From the NCBI GenBank assembly GCA_031366795.1, contig JANLOX010000374.1:1-56053 (forward strand): 56,053 nt of DNA, in the 5' to 3' direction. Shown here one piece after another: positions 19,627-29,694 of this stretch (position 1 is its first letter; every line of letters starts with the position of its first letter). Source of the DNA: Candidatus Eiseniibacteriota bacterium (GTDB lineage: Bacteria; Eisenbacteria; RBG-16-71-46). Made by a program: the position numbers and the translations under genes. The notes beneath the pieces are model-generated. The model searched no databases and was not told where the DNA came from. It saw only the letters and a list, made by a program, of their open reading frames with translations.

Positions 19627-20559
19627 ATGCATAAACGCGTGCTCGAAATGGCGCTGTCCCTTCTCTTGGTCGCCGGGTGTTCGCCTGACCCTAAGCCCGG
19701 CGAATCGACCCAGGATCTCACGGCCGGGAAGATCGTGCTCGTGTGTTCGCCCGAAGCACGACCCGCCATGGACCGTTGTCTCGCCGCATTCCAGGGGTTG
19801 TATCCGCAGGCGCATATCGAACTTCGCGCCAGTAGTTCCCGCGATGCGGTGGCCGCCTTGTTTGCCAATCGCGCGGACATGGCCGTCATCACGCGCGAGA
19901 TCGTGCCCGAAGAACGCAGTGCCGCGGTGCGCGGCAAGCTCGATCTCGACAGTTACCGCTTCGCCCGCGATGCCGCGGTGATCCTGCTCAATGAAGCCAA
20001 CCGGGTGGAGCACCTGACGCTCGAAGACGTGCGGCGGATCTATTCCGGCGAGGCGCGCAACTGGTCGGAATTCGGCGGCGCTTCGTTGCGGGTCGAACCG
20101 GTGGTCCAATCGCCTGACGCGGACATGACGGAATTCTTCATCGAGGAAGTCCTCGGCGGGGAGGCGATCCGGGCGAAGTCGATCGGGGTGAATTCCGGGA
20201 GCGACGTGGTACGAAGCGTGCGAGAACGTCCCGGTGCTGTAGGGTACGTGTCGTTGGGACAGTCCGGTGCGGGGACCAAGGCGGTCCCGCTCGCTGCGCT
20301 GAAAGGGCTGCCGTACTTCACGCCCGATCTCGAGCGGGTTCACGACGGCGAGTACCCGGTGACGCGCTTCTACAATATGGTGATACGCGCGAAGTCGCCC
20401 GCGCTCACCGGCGGGTTTATTACGTATGTCACGAGCCTTGATGGGCAGAAGTTGATTCGCGAGGCCGGTCTGGTGCCGACCACGGTGCCGGTGCGGTTCG
20501 TGCGACGATCGGCAATGCTGAGCACTCATACCCAGGGAGATTCCTTACACCTACCATGA
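19627..20559 (+). CDS. PstS-like (PBP2 fold) substrate-binding lipoprotein
   Basis: Lipobox LVAGC; FARDAAVILLN, LTLEDVRRIYSG..RNWSEFGG, PGAVGYVS, GEYPVTR. Confidence 0.8.
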   Translation: MHKRVLEMALSLLLVAGCSPDPKPGESTQDLTAGKIVLVCSPEARPAMDRCLAAFQGLYPQAHIELRASSSRDAVAALFANRADMAVITREIVPEERSAAVRGKLDLDSYRFARDAAVILLNEANRVEHLTLEDVRRIYSGEARNWSEFGGASLRVEPVVQSPDADMTEFFIEEVLGGEAIRAKSIGVNSGSDVVRSVRERPGAVGYVSLGQSGAGTKAVPLAALKGLPYFTPDLERVHDGEYPVTRFYNMVIRAKSPALTGGFITYVTSLDGQKLIREAGLVPTTVPVRFVRRSAMLSTHTQGDSLHLP

Positions 20560-22334
20560 ACACACTCCGTTTACGTACGCAGCTTGCCGCCGCGGCGATC
20601 GCCGCCATGCTCGCCCTCGTCACCCTCGGCTCGCCGGTCCGTGCCGACGATTTGAAGGATGCGCGCGCAGCGCTTCAGGCCGGGAACTACGACCAGGCGC
20701 TGCAACTGTTCGAGAAGGCCGCCTCGCGGGGGGCAGCCGCGGGCCGCGCAGGAGTCGGCGAGGTGTGGCTGAAGCGCCGCCAGTTCGGCAAGGCCGCCGA
20801 GGCCTTCCAGCTGGCATCAAAGATGGATCCCTCGTTGCCTTCCGCCTACTACGGCCAGGGCGAGGTGCTGCGGCGTGAAGGTAAGTGCGACGAAGGCTTG
20901 CCGCTGCTGAAGAAGGCAAGTGAACTCGACAAGCGTTACCCGGAGGCGCAGCTCGCCTACGGCGACTGCCTGATGCAGACGAACCAGCGCGAGGCGGCGG
21001 TCGCGGCACTGTCGAGCGGACTCAAGTGGGGGCCGAAGTGGCGGCCGCGGTTCCTCGTGGCGCTCGGCAACGCCGAGATGTCGCGTGACTCGCTGCGCGA
21101 TGCGGGCATCTACTTCACCCAGGCGCGCGAAGAAGCGCCCGATGATCCCGTGACGCACCGCGCACTCGGCGACTTCTACGTGAAGCGTGGCACGTTCGAG
21201 CTGGCGGTGCCGGAGTACCAGGCAGCGATCGCCAGTGACTCGACCGATCTCGACTTGCGCTATGCGCTCGGCCAGGCGCTGTTCTACGCGCAGCGTTACA
21301 AGGAGGCGCTCGAAACCTACCGCGACGTGGTGGCGCGGGATGCCGAATTCGCCCCCGGCCAGTTGGCGCTCGGCGACCTGCTGTACCGTTCGGGCAAGGC
21401 CGACCGCAACCGCTACGCCGAGGCGAAGCCGGCGCTCGAGAAGTACACGCAGCTGAATCCTGATGACCCGAAGGGTTGGAGCCTGCTCGGCCGCACGCTG
21501 GCGCAGACGGGGGATCGCGACGGCGCCTACGAGGCCATGAACAAGGCCGAGAAGCTTGGCGACAAGAGCAAGGATATGTACACGATGCGGGCGCGCGTCA
21601 ACATCGACCGCAAGAACTGGGACCAGGCGCTGGCCGACTACGGTCGCGGCGCGCCCGAGCCCGATGACATCCTGCGTATCGCCCAGTTGTGGGTGTTCAA
21701 GGGCGAGCCGGCGAGGGCGGAGTCGCTCTACCAGGCGATCATCACCGCGGACTCGACCTCGGGCAGTGCCAAGTTTGCCGTCAGCGAACTGGGGAAGGTT
21801 CGTTTCCGCGCCAAAGACTACCCGGCGGCAATCGAACTGTTCCGCCGCCGAATCGCGCTTGACCCGAACAACGACGAGGCTTACTACTATATGGGCCTGT
21901 CGTTTAAGGAGTTGAAGCAGTATCCCGACGCGCTCGACGCGCTGCGGAACTCGGCAAGACTGGCGGACGGCAAAGCAGACCGTCATTTCTGGCTGGGGAT
22001 CATGTACGCCCAACTCGATTCAACCGACGGCGCGACGCGGGCTTTCACCCGGGTCGTGGAACTCGATTCAGCGGGCACGAGCAAGAACACCGCGATCGCA
22101 TTGCGTCAGATGGGGTATTACGACCTGCTCCAGAAGAGGTATGCGGAAGCGAGCCAGAAGCTGTCTCGCGCGGTGGCCATCAGCCCGACCGACACCCAGA
22201 GCTGGGTGTGGCTGGGGCAGGCCGCACAGAATTCAGGCAACAAGGAAAAGGCGTGCGAGGCGTATCGCAAAGCCCTTGAAGTCGACCCAAGCCAACCGGA
22301 CGCTTTGCGCGGCCGGAAGACTCTGGGTTGCTAG
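20556..22334 (+). CDS. Exported tetratricopeptide-repeat protein
   Basis: Signal peptide ending VRA-DD, followed by many TPR units (AYYGQGEV, AYYYMGLS, SWVWLGQA). Confidence 0.88.
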   Translation: MNTLRLRTQLAAAAIAAMLALVTLGSPVRADDLKDARAALQAGNYDQALQLFEKAASRGAAAGRAGVGEVWLKRRQFGKAAEAFQLASKMDPSLPSAYYGQGEVLRREGKCDEGLPLLKKASELDKRYPEAQLAYGDCLMQTNQREAAVAALSSGLKWGPKWRPRFLVALGNAEMSRDSLRDAGIYFTQAREEAPDDPVTHRALGDFYVKRGTFELAVPEYQAAIASDSTDLDLRYALGQALFYAQRYKEALETYRDVVARDAEFAPGQLALGDLLYRSGKADRNRYAEAKPALEKYTQLNPDDPKGWSLLGRTLAQTGDRDGAYEAMNKAEKLGDKSKDMYTMRARVNIDRKNWDQALADYGRGAPEPDDILRIAQLWVFKGEPARAESLYQAIITADSTSGSAKFAVSELGKVRFRAKDYPAAIELFRRRIALDPNNDEAYYYMGLSFKELKQYPDALDALRNSARLADGKADRHFWLGIMYAQLDSTDGATRAFTRVVELDSAGTSKNTAIALRQMGYYDLLQKRYAEASQKLSRAVAISPTDTQSWVWLGQAAQNSGNKEKACEAYRKALEVDPSQPDALRGRKTLGC

Positions 22335-22356
22335 GCGGCACGGCAGGGAGGACACG

Positions 22357-22704
22357 ATGAAGCAGCGCCAGATCGGGAGCATCGTCGTTCTCGCCCCGAA
22401 GGGATACCTGACGGGCGGCGACGAGACGGAGGAGCTGGAAACGACGATCAAGAATCTCGCCGAGGGCGGGAACAAGTCGTTGATCGTCAACCTGTCTGAG
22501 ACCCAGCATCTCAACTCGACGGCCCTGGGTGTGCTGATTTCGGCGCACTCGAACTACGTCCGCCGGGGCGGCCAGATGAAGCTGTGTGCGGTGGACAAGA
22601 AAATTGAAAACATCTTCGTCATCACCAAGCTGTCGCTGGTGTTCGACGTGTACTCGAACGAAGAGCTCGCCATCTCGAGCTTCGCGGAGTCCCCCGCTCA
22701 ATAG
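22357..22704 (+). CDS. STAS-domain anti-sigma-factor antagonist
   Basis: LIVNLSETQHLNSTALGVLIS, GGQMKLC, FVITKLSLVFDVY. GGGAGG RBS. Confidence 0.9.
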   Translation: MKQRQIGSIVVLAPKGYLTGGDETEELETTIKNLAEGGNKSLIVNLSETQHLNSTALGVLISAHSNYVRRGGQMKLCAVDKKIENIFVITKLSLVFDVYSNEELAISSFAESPAQ

Positions 22705-22827
22705 CGGGTTGCATTAGGGAGCACCGGGAATCACTCGCGTGTTCGGCGCCGTCCGCGCCGGCGCTGAATCAACGATTGGCACTCTGGCCGCAAGCTGCCG
22801 GCCGGAGCCAGGGAGGATCATTCGAAG

Positions 22828-23574
22828 ATGGGTCGTTTTATCGTTCCTTTGGGTTTTGTGCTGGCGGTGGCCATCTCCATCACGCTGTGGTGGAACCTCC
22901 CGGTGCTGGGAGATGTCGGTAACTCCATGAAGCAGGGAGGCCCGCTCGTCGCGGCGCTGATCCTGTTGATCATCCTGCAGACCACGTTCATCATCGAGCG
23001 CACCTGGAGCCTGCGTAAGGCACAGGGTCGCGGGCCGCTGCCTGCCTTCCTCGTGGGTATCCGCAAGCGCCTGCACGCGAACGACATCGATGGCGCGGTG
23101 AAGCTGTGCGCGCAGCAGCGTGGTTCGGCGGCAAACGTGATTCGTGCCGGCCTCGAGCGCTACCAGCAGCTGAAGGCGGAGGGTGCTCCAAAGGAGAAGA
23201 TCGTTGCCGAGACGCAGGCGGCCATCCAGGAAGCCAACGGCCTCGAAGTGCCGCTGCTCGAGCGCAACCTGATCGCACTGTCCACCATCGCCTCCATTTC
23301 CACGATGATCGGACTGCTCGGCACCGTGCTGGGAATGATCCGGTCGTTCGCCGCCCTCGGTCACTCGGGCGCGGTCGATGCCACGAAGCTCGCCGTCGGT
23401 ATTTCCGAAGCGCTCATCAACACGGCAGGCGGTCTGTTCTGCGCTATCGCGGGCATCGTGGCCTACAACGTGTTCGTGACGCGCGTCGACAACTTCAACT
23501 ACATGATGGATGAGGCGTCCTACGAGGCGATCCAGCTGCTCGCGGCGTCCGCAACACCGGATCAGGGCCGCTAA
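22828..23574 (+). CDS. exbB: MotA/TolQ/ExbB proton channel protein
   Basis: LERNLIALSTIASISTMIGLLGTVLGMIRSF, LAVGISEALINTAGGL. Confidence 0.9.
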   Translation: MGRFIVPLGFVLAVAISITLWWNLPVLGDVGNSMKQGGPLVAALILLIILQTTFIIERTWSLRKAQGRGPLPAFLVGIRKRLHANDIDGAVKLCAQQRGSAANVIRAGLERYQQLKAEGAPKEKIVAETQAAIQEANGLEVPLLERNLIALSTIASISTMIGLLGTVLGMIRSFAALGHSGAVDATKLAVGISEALINTAGGLFCAIAGIVAYNVFVTRVDNFNYMMDEASYEAIQLLAASATPDQGR

Positions 23575-23595
23575 AAGACTTAAAGGGAGCCTTCG

Positions 23596-24060
23596 ATGCT
23601 CAAGAAGAAACGACGCATTGGTGTCACGATGGACATGACCCCGATGGTCGACGTCGCTTTCCTGCTGCTGATCTTCTTCATGACGACGACCGTGATGACG
23701 CCGCCCGAGAAGGACAAGATCACCCTTCCCGAATCGAATTCCGAGGCGAAGTCGCCGGAGTCGGACATCATCACGATCTCGGTCACCAAGCGTCCGTCCG
23801 TGCGGGTCAGTTGGACGCAGCGCGGCGAGAAGATGGACCGCGAGTTGATGGCGGATGAAGTTCCAGCACAGATGCCGGCATTGCTGAAGACCGCTCGTGC
23901 GGCCAATCCCTCCGCCAGAATGATCGTCAAGATGGATAAGGACGCCGAGTACGGCATTATGGCGGACATCATGCCGGCGCTGCAGGACGCGAAGGCGCCG
24001 CGCTTTAACGTGCAGACCGATCTGGGCCAAAAGGGCGGCCTGTTCGGGAAGAAAAAATGA
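23596..24060 (+). CDS. exbD: ExbD/TolR family protein (copy 1)
   Basis: DMTPMVDVAFLLLIFFM TM with conserved Asp. Confidence 0.9.
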   Translation: MLKKKRRIGVTMDMTPMVDVAFLLLIFFMTTTVMTPPEKDKITLPESNSEAKSPESDIITISVTKRPSVRVSWTQRGEKMDRELMADEVPAQMPALLKTARAANPSARMIVKMDKDAEYGIMADIMPALQDAKAPRFNVQTDLGQKGGLFGKKK

Positions 24061-24088
24061 TGCCTAATGTTTGGGGAGGTGAGTCCCT

Positions 24089-24580
24089 GTGGGTGCTGTA
24101 GACACTCCTGAACGTGCAAAAAAAGGCAAGAAAAAGGGTTTTGGGCGTCCTAAGCGCCGGCTTGGCGTGCGCATCGACATGACCCCAATGGTCGACGTGG
24201 CGTTCCTGCTCCTCATCTTTTTCATGGTGACGACGGTGTTCCGCACCCCGCAGGCGCTCGAGATAAACCTGCCACCGCAAAAAGACATCCAGGTCAATAT
24301 CGCCAAATCAAAAGTCGTCAGCGTCCGGGTGCTGCCCGACGCGCGCGTCTATTGGAGTCGTGGCGATGATCCATGGGCTCGCTCCTCGGTGAATGAATTG
24401 ACGAACGTCCTCGCAACTTTCCGCGGCAACAACGAGATCGTGATCTTGATCCAAATTGATCGCGAGGCGAAGTTTAATTCGATGGTTCACCTCATCGACG
24501 AAATGGACTTGGCTGGCCTCACTCGGTTCTCGCTATCGACCTTGACCCCTGAGCAGCGCAAGGAGGTGGAGTCGCTGTGA
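24089..24580 (+). CDS. exbD: ExbD/TolR family protein (copy 2)
   Basis: IDMTPMVDVAFLLLIFFM. GGGGAGG RBS. Confidence 0.9.
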   Translation: MGAVDTPERAKKGKKKGFGRPKRRLGVRIDMTPMVDVAFLLLIFFMVTTVFRTPQALEINLPPQKDIQVNIAKSKVVSVRVLPDARVYWSRGDDPWARSSVNELTNVLATFRGNNEIVILIQIDREAKFNSMVHLIDEMDLAGLTRFSLSTLTPEQRKEVESL

Positions 24581-25296
24581 CAACCGAGCACGCGAACCTC
24601 TACCAGTTCATGCCCTACGGGGCGCCCGAACTCAAGGACGTTGCCCGCAAGTACCTGGTGCGGGCGACGATCTATGGCAGTGCGCTGTGGCTCATCGTCT
24701 TCATTCTATCGTTGGGGGGAGTGTTCCTGCTGAACCATCGCCCCAAAGAGACGAGTGTCATCGTCGTGCCGTACCGCGAACTGGCAGCACCTCCACCGCT
24801 GTCGAACGATGCGCCACCTCCACAGGTCCAGGTCACCACGCCGGTGGCTCCGCCCACGGTGGGTGTCGCGGTGCCCGTGCCGGATGCCGAAGCGCCGCCT
24901 GAACAGACGATCGCCTCACAGTCTGAAATTGCCAACACCACGGGCAGCGTTGAATCCTCCGGGGACGGCAACATCGTCGTGGCGCCGCCATCCGATGATG
25001 AACTACCGCAGTTCGGCCAGTACGTCTTCGTGGAAGAACTTCCCGAAGCCATCACCAAGGTGCAGCCGCAGTACCCGGACATCGCGCGCGAAGCCGGCGT
25101 CGATGGCACCGTGCTGGTGCAGGCGTTGGTGGGGAAGGATGGTCACGTAAAGGACGTCCGTGTGCAGAAGTCCATTCCCATGCTCGACGCTTCCGCGCAG
25201 GCCGCGGTGCGCCAGTGGGTCTTCAAGCCCGCACTGTCGAATAACAAGCCGGTCGCCGTGTGGGTCGCGGTTCCCGTGCGCTTCACGCTGCGCTAG
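24577..25296 (+). CDS. tonB: Energy transducer TonB
   Basis: YGAPELK N-terminal motif, single TM, Pro-rich linker, TonB_C domain (PQYPDIAREAGVDGTV...WVFKPA...VPVRF). Confidence 0.9.
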   Translation: MTTEHANLYQFMPYGAPELKDVARKYLVRATIYGSALWLIVFILSLGGVFLLNHRPKETSVIVVPYRELAAPPPLSNDAPPPQVQVTTPVAPPTVGVAVPVPDAEAPPEQTIASQSEIANTTGSVESSGDGNIVVAPPSDDELPQFGQYVFVEELPEAITKVQPQYPDIAREAGVDGTVLVQALVGKDGHVKDVRVQKSIPMLDASAQAAVRQWVFKPALSNNKPVAVWVAVPVRFTLR

Positions 25297-25319
25297 CTGC
25301 TTTCGCAACCGCTTCGAGC

Positions 25320-25359
25320 CGCCCGGACCGGGGAAATCCCGCGTCCGGGCGTTGTTTTT
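25320..25359 (+). terminator. Intrinsic terminator after tonB
   Basis: CGCCCGGAC...GTCCGGGCG stem with inner GGG-AAAT-CCC, followed by TTGTTTTT. Confidence 0.75.
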
Positions 25360-25379
25360 CCGCGCCCGTTGCGCGCGGT

Positions 25380-25409
25380 TTGACCCCGCTCAACGTCAAT
25401 CCGTACTGT
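25380..25409 (+). promoter_or_regulatory. Putative sigma70-type promoter for the Yip1 gene
   Basis: TTGACC-N18-TACTGT directly after the terminator. Confidence 0.55.
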
Positions 25410-25455
25410 TCGGGGTTCGTTGACTCGCCACCTGTCCCCGCCCGATGGAGACCGC

Positions 25456-26217
25456 ATGGATACGCCCCTGGCGCCTGAGGCGGCTCAAGCGCCAACACCC
25501 GAGCCCACCCTGAACCTGGGGCAGCGTACCGTCGCTGTGTTCTTCAAGCCGGGAGCGGCCTGGGCGGGCCTGCGCCAACAAGTGCAATGGTGGTTCCCGA
25601 TGCTGCTGCTGGGGTTGTTCGCGGCCGGCGTCGCGGCGGCGCTCCACCATCGCGCCTTGCTGCCCATGCTGGCTGATGCCTGGCAGGAGCAGGTCACCAA
25701 CGGCAACATGCAGGCGGACCAGGCGCAGCGCATGGAGGACTACTTCCGCGGCCCCATGGGAATGGCGTGGACCGTGGGGCAGCAGTTCGTGTTGGTGCCG
25801 GTGGTCACGGCGATCATGGGACTGTTGGTGTGGTTCGGCGGCGGGTTCATCCTCGGCCGCCCGATCACTTACCGCCTGTCGCTCGAGGTCGCCGCATGGG
25901 CAGGCCTGATCACCATACCGATGCAGATTCTCACCGGCATCGTGGCGTGGTCGCGCGAAACCATGAAGGGTGTGCACGTGGGGTTCGGATTGCTGCTGCC
26001 CGAAACCGATACGCCGACGCGCTTGGGGCTGTTCCTCGGCGGAGTGCTCGATGCGCTGGGGCCGTTGTCGCTGTGGTACCTCGCCGTGCTGGTGTTGGGT
26101 GCTGCCGCCTTGTCCGGTGCGCCGCGCAAGCAGATCGCGCTGGTCATCGGGGGGTTGTACTTTGTCGCCGTGTTCCTATTGGTGGGACTGGCGGCGATGT
26201 TCGCTCCATTGTCCTGA
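25456..26217 (+). CDS. Yip1-domain membrane protein (YknW-like)
   Basis: VFFKPGAAW..L N-terminal motif, five TM segments, upstream of a MacAB-TolC-type exporter. GGAG RBS. Confidence 0.78.
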   Translation: MDTPLAPEAAQAPTPEPTLNLGQRTVAVFFKPGAAWAGLRQQVQWWFPMLLLGLFAAGVAAALHHRALLPMLADAWQEQVTNGNMQADQAQRMEDYFRGPMGMAWTVGQQFVLVPVVTAIMGLLVWFGGGFILGRPITYRLSLEVAAWAGLITIPMQILTGIVAWSRETMKGVHVGFGLLLPETDTPTRLGLFLGGVLDALGPLSLWYLAVLVLGAAALSGAPRKQIALVIGGLYFVAVFLLVGLAAMFAPLS

Positions 26218-26221
26218 CCTT

Positions 26222-26248
26222 CGAAACCTTTTCGTCCCCCATCCGTAT
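26222..26248 (+). promoter_or_regulatory. Putative ECF sigma (SigW-like) promoter
   Basis: CGAAAC-N16-CGTAT upstream of the TolC gene. Confidence 0.5.
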
Positions 26249-26306
26249 GCTCCGCTGAAGCGACTGGCGTGCTTCGGCGTGATCGTTGTCCCAAGGAGGT
26301 CATTCG

Positions 26307-27668
26307 ATGAAGCTGTCGCGCTCGCGGGGCTTGTGCCTCGGGCTCGTCGCAGTCGTGTTGGTGCCGGCGTTGGCCCATGGCGCGGAACTGCTCACCGCCG
26401 ATGGGGCGGTGCAGATCGCACTCCAGAAGAATCCGCAGGTCGTCAACTCGAGAGCCTCGGTGCTCGATGCGAAGTCCAGTTTCTATTCCTCGGTCGCCGG
26501 TGTCGCCCCGCGCGTGAGCGCGAGCCTCAGCCGCAGCGGGAGTTGGACGCGCAACAACAGCGGCTCTCAAGCGTTCGGGAGTCTGGTGACGCCGCCGTCG
26601 TCGTATGATGTCGACGCCTATTCGACGACGCCGGGAATCAGCGCAAGCTGGTCGGTGCTAGACCTCTCCGCGCTCGCCGGGCTGTCGGCCGCGCGCCAGG
26701 GGCTCAAGGCCGCGAGGCTGTCGCAGACCTCGACGCGCAACGACGTGGCGCTCGCGGTGCGGCGCCAGTTCTATGTGGTGGTGCAGGCGACGCATCTTGC
26801 GCGCGTCAACTCTGAAGCCCTGAAACTGTCCCGTGATAATGAGCGCCGGGTGCGCGCGTTGTTCGAGGTCGGCTCGGTGTCGAAGAGTGACGTGTTGAAG
26901 GCGCAGGTGCAGACCGCCCAGAGCCAGCTCGACTCGCTGAGCTCCGCGCACCAGATCACCACGCAGCGCATTGCGCTCGCGAGTGCCCTGGGGCTTGGGG
27001 AACGCGCGATGGCGGAGGTCGACACGGCGCTGACCGTGACGCCGACCGACTTCGACGAGGCGGCGATTCTCGCTGAAGCGAAGCAGCACCGGCCCGACCT
27101 GCTGGCGGCCAACGCGAGCGTCAAGGCTGCGCACTCCTCGCGCCTGTCGGCGCGGTTCTCGCGCTTGCCGTTCGTGACCACGTCGGGTTCTGCGACGTTC
27201 AACCCGAAGTCCACACAGAAGACAAGGCAGTTCGAGCCGGCGCCGGAGAAAACCACGACCGCCACATCAAAGACCGACAAGGTCTATCGCGCCACCATCG
27301 CCCTCAACTGGGACATCTTTGACGGGATGGCGACCGACGCGCAGAACGCTTCGGCGCAGGCGCGGCTGGTGCGCGCGCAGGAGACGTACGACGCGCTGAA
27401 CCGCAATCTCGCCGCCGAAGTGCAGCAGGCGTTGTTGTCATACCGCGAAGCGGTCGAGACCGTTGCCGTGGCGCAGAGCGCAGTCGAATCGGCGGCGGAG
27501 AACCTTAAGTTGACGCAGCAGAAGTATAACGTCGGTTCGGCCACCATCCTGGATCTCATCGACGCGCAGGTGCAGTTGCAGCGCGCGGAAAACCAGGATG
27601 TGTCGGCGCGCGCAGGGGTGCGTATCGCCGAAGCCGGAATTCGCCGCGTCAGCGGCCGTAACGACTAG
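26307..27668 (+). CDS. TolC-family outer membrane efflux protein
   Basis: Signal peptide, two OEP repeats (ALQKNP, FEVGSVSKSDVLKAQ, RPDL, YNVGSATILDLIDAQ). AAGGAGG RBS. Confidence 0.9.
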   Translation: MKLSRSRGLCLGLVAVVLVPALAHGAELLTADGAVQIALQKNPQVVNSRASVLDAKSSFYSSVAGVAPRVSASLSRSGSWTRNNSGSQAFGSLVTPPSSYDVDAYSTTPGISASWSVLDLSALAGLSAARQGLKAARLSQTSTRNDVALAVRRQFYVVVQATHLARVNSEALKLSRDNERRVRALFEVGSVSKSDVLKAQVQTAQSQLDSLSSAHQITTQRIALASALGLGERAMAEVDTALTVTPTDFDEAAILAEAKQHRPDLLAANASVKAAHSSRLSARFSRLPFVTTSGSATFNPKSTQKTRQFEPAPEKTTTATSKTDKVYRATIALNWDIFDGMATDAQNASAQARLVRAQETYDALNRNLAAEVQQALLSYREAVETVAVAQSAVESAAENLKLTQQKYNVGSATILDLIDAQVQLQRAENQDVSARAGVRIAEAGIRRVSGRND

Positions 27669-27689
27669 AGTCCAGGGGGCCGCGAGTAC

Positions 27690-28967
27690 ATGAAAGCGAA
27701 GTGGCTGTGGATCGGGCTGGCGGTGATCGTGACGCTCGGATTGGTGGCGATGGCCGTGCTGCGCGGCCGCAGCTCCAAGGTGACGCCGGTGCAGTTCGCG
27801 CGGGTACGGCAAGAGAACATCACCTCGCGCGTGCGTGCGCCGGGAAAGATCGAGCCGGAGACGCAGGTCAAGGTGAGCGCCGACGTGATGGGCAAGATCG
27901 TCCAGTTGCCGGTCAAGGAAGGCGATCCCGTCAAGCGCGGCCAACTGATGCTGCAACTCGACGACACGCAGTACCGCGCAGGATTCAACCAGGCGCGGGC
28001 TGCATTGGCGACGGCGCGGGCGCGGGTGCGTGAGGCGGAGGCCACCTTCAAGGTGGTCGACACGAACTTCGCGCGCCAGCGGTCATTGTTCGAACAAAAA
28101 CTGCTGTCGCAGGCGGAATGGGACCAGGCCACGAACACGCATGAGTCGGCGCGGGTGTCGGTGGCTACGGCGCAGGAAGAGGTGTCGCGTTCGCAGGCGA
28201 TGCTGGATGGCGCCGCGGACAACGTGCGCAAGTGCCGCTTCGTGGCACCGTTTGACGGCGTGGTGAGCGCGCTCAACGTCGAGAAGGGCGAGAACGTCGT
28301 CACCGGAACCATGAATAATCCCGGCACGGAGATCCTCACGGTTTCCGACCTGTCGCGCATGCTTGTGCGCGCCGACGTCGATGAGACGGACATCGTCGAC
28401 ATGACGCTCGGGCAAAAGGCGAAGATCACCGTGGACGCGCTGCCCGACACGTTCTTCTGGGGCTCGGTGGCGGAGATCGGCAATACGGCGAAGCGCTCGA
28501 TCACTTCCACGGTCGAAGGCCAGACGAATTTCGAAGTGAAGGTAGTGTTCGACGTCGACGTCCCGCAGGTGCGGCCGGGGATGACCGCGGACGTCGAGAT
28601 CGAGACCGCGACGCACAACCAGACCCTTGGCGTTCCGATCCAGGCCGTGGTGGTGCGCACGGAGCGCGAGCTCAAGGTGAAGGCAAAAGGGGCGGCCCGC
28701 AAGAAGCTGAAGGCGACCGACATGCTAGCCGCACTCGACGACACCATCGGCAAGAAGGAAAAGGAAATCACAGGCTTGTTCCGGGTGGAGAACGGGGTCG
28801 CGAAGTTCCTGCCCGTGCGCACGGGACTCGCCAGCGAGACGGAAATCGAAGTGTTCGGCGAGCTCAAGGCGAATGACCTGGTGGTGGCGGGGCCGTACAA
28901 GGCATTGAGAGAGTTGAAGCCGGAGAGCAAGGTCAAGCAGGAGAAGCCGGCGGCGCCTAAGAAATGA
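27690..28967 (+). CDS. MacA/YknX-like periplasmic adaptor (membrane fusion protein)
   Basis: N-terminal [12 protein letters not shown] lipoyl half-motif, helical hairpin, APFDGVV, VDETDI, RPGMTA. Confidence 0.92.
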   Translation: MKAKWLWIGLAVIVTLGLVAMAVLRGRSSKVTPVQFARVRQENITSRVRAPGKIEPETQVKVSADVMGKIVQLPVKEGDPVKRGQLMLQLDDTQYRAGFNQARAALATARARVREAEATFKVVDTNFARQRSLFEQKLLSQAEWDQATNTHESARVSVATAQEEVSRSQAMLDGAADNVRKCRFVAPFDGVVSALNVEKGENVVTGTMNNPGTEILTVSDLSRMLVRADVDETDIVDMTLGQKAKITVDALPDTFFWGSVAEIGNTAKRSITSTVEGQTNFEVKVVFDVDVPQVRPGMTADVEIETATHNQTLGVPIQAVVVRTERELKVKAKGAARKKLKATDMLAALDDTIGKKEKEITGLFRVENGVAKFLPVRTGLASETEIEVFGELKANDLVVAGPYKALRELKPESKVKQEKPAAPKK

Positions 28968-28974
28968 GGAAGCC

Positions 28975-29694
28975 ATGCTGATCACGCTGCGCAATCTGCA
29001 CCGCGTCTACGAGGTGGGCACCGAGCAGGTCCGCGCGCTCAATGGGGTCGATCTCGAGATCGCGGCAAACGAGTACGTTGCCATCATGGGACCCTCAGGG
29101 TCAGGCAAGTCGACGCTGATGAATATCGTGGGCTGCCTCGATACGCCCAGTGAGGGCAGCTACCTGCTCAAGGACCAGGAGATCGCCCGCATGACGGACG
29201 ACGAACTGGCCCGCATTCGTAACCAGGAGATCGGCTTCGTCTTCCAGACCTTCAACCTGCTGCCGCGCGCCGACGCCTTGCACAACGTCGAGCTGCCGCT
29301 GGTCTACGCCGGTATGAAGCACGAGGAGCGCAAGGTGCGCGCCCGCGAGGCGCTGACGCGCGTGGGTCTGGGGGACCGCATGAAGCACCGGCCGAACGAG
29401 CTGTCGGGCGGCCAGCGCCAGCGTGTCGCCATCGCGCGCGCGCTCGTCAACCGGCCGAGCATCATCCTTGCCGATGAACCTACAGGCAACCTCGACACCG
29501 CGACGGGCGAAGACATCATGTACGCCTTCCGCGAGATCTGGCAGGAAGGCAACACGGTCATCCTCGTGACGCACGAGGCCGACATCGCGGCGCATGCCCA
29601 CCGCGTCGTGCGCATGCGCGATGGCAAGATCGAGAGCGATACGGTGAACGCGAATCCGGTGATACCCCAGCGCCGGGTGGCTCCCACGACGTGA
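28975..29694 (+). CDS. ABC transporter ATP-binding protein (MacB/LolD/YknY type)
   Basis: [40 protein letters not shown]. Confidence 0.95.
   Translation: MLITLRNLHRVYEVGTEQVRALNGVDLEIAANEYVAIMGPSGSGKSTLMNIVGCLDTPSEGSYLLKDQEIARMTDDELARIRNQEIGFVFQTFNLLPRADALHNVELPLVYAGMKHEERKVRAREALTRVGLGDRMKHRPNELSGGQRQRVAIARALVNRPSIILADEPTGNLDTATGEDIMYAFREIWQEGNTVILVTHEADIAAHAHRVVRMRDGKIESDTVNANPVIPQRRVAPTT

Noticed and set aside
22742..22810. Two hairpins and a TGGCAC sigma54-like site between the STAS gene and exbB
   Set aside because: The -12 element is CCGC rather than TTGC, and the hairpins have no T tract; at most mRNA stability elements.
23632..24226. Near-identical 50-bp segments in two genes
   Set aside because: Explained by the conserved TM motif of the paralogous exbD genes; not a repeat element.
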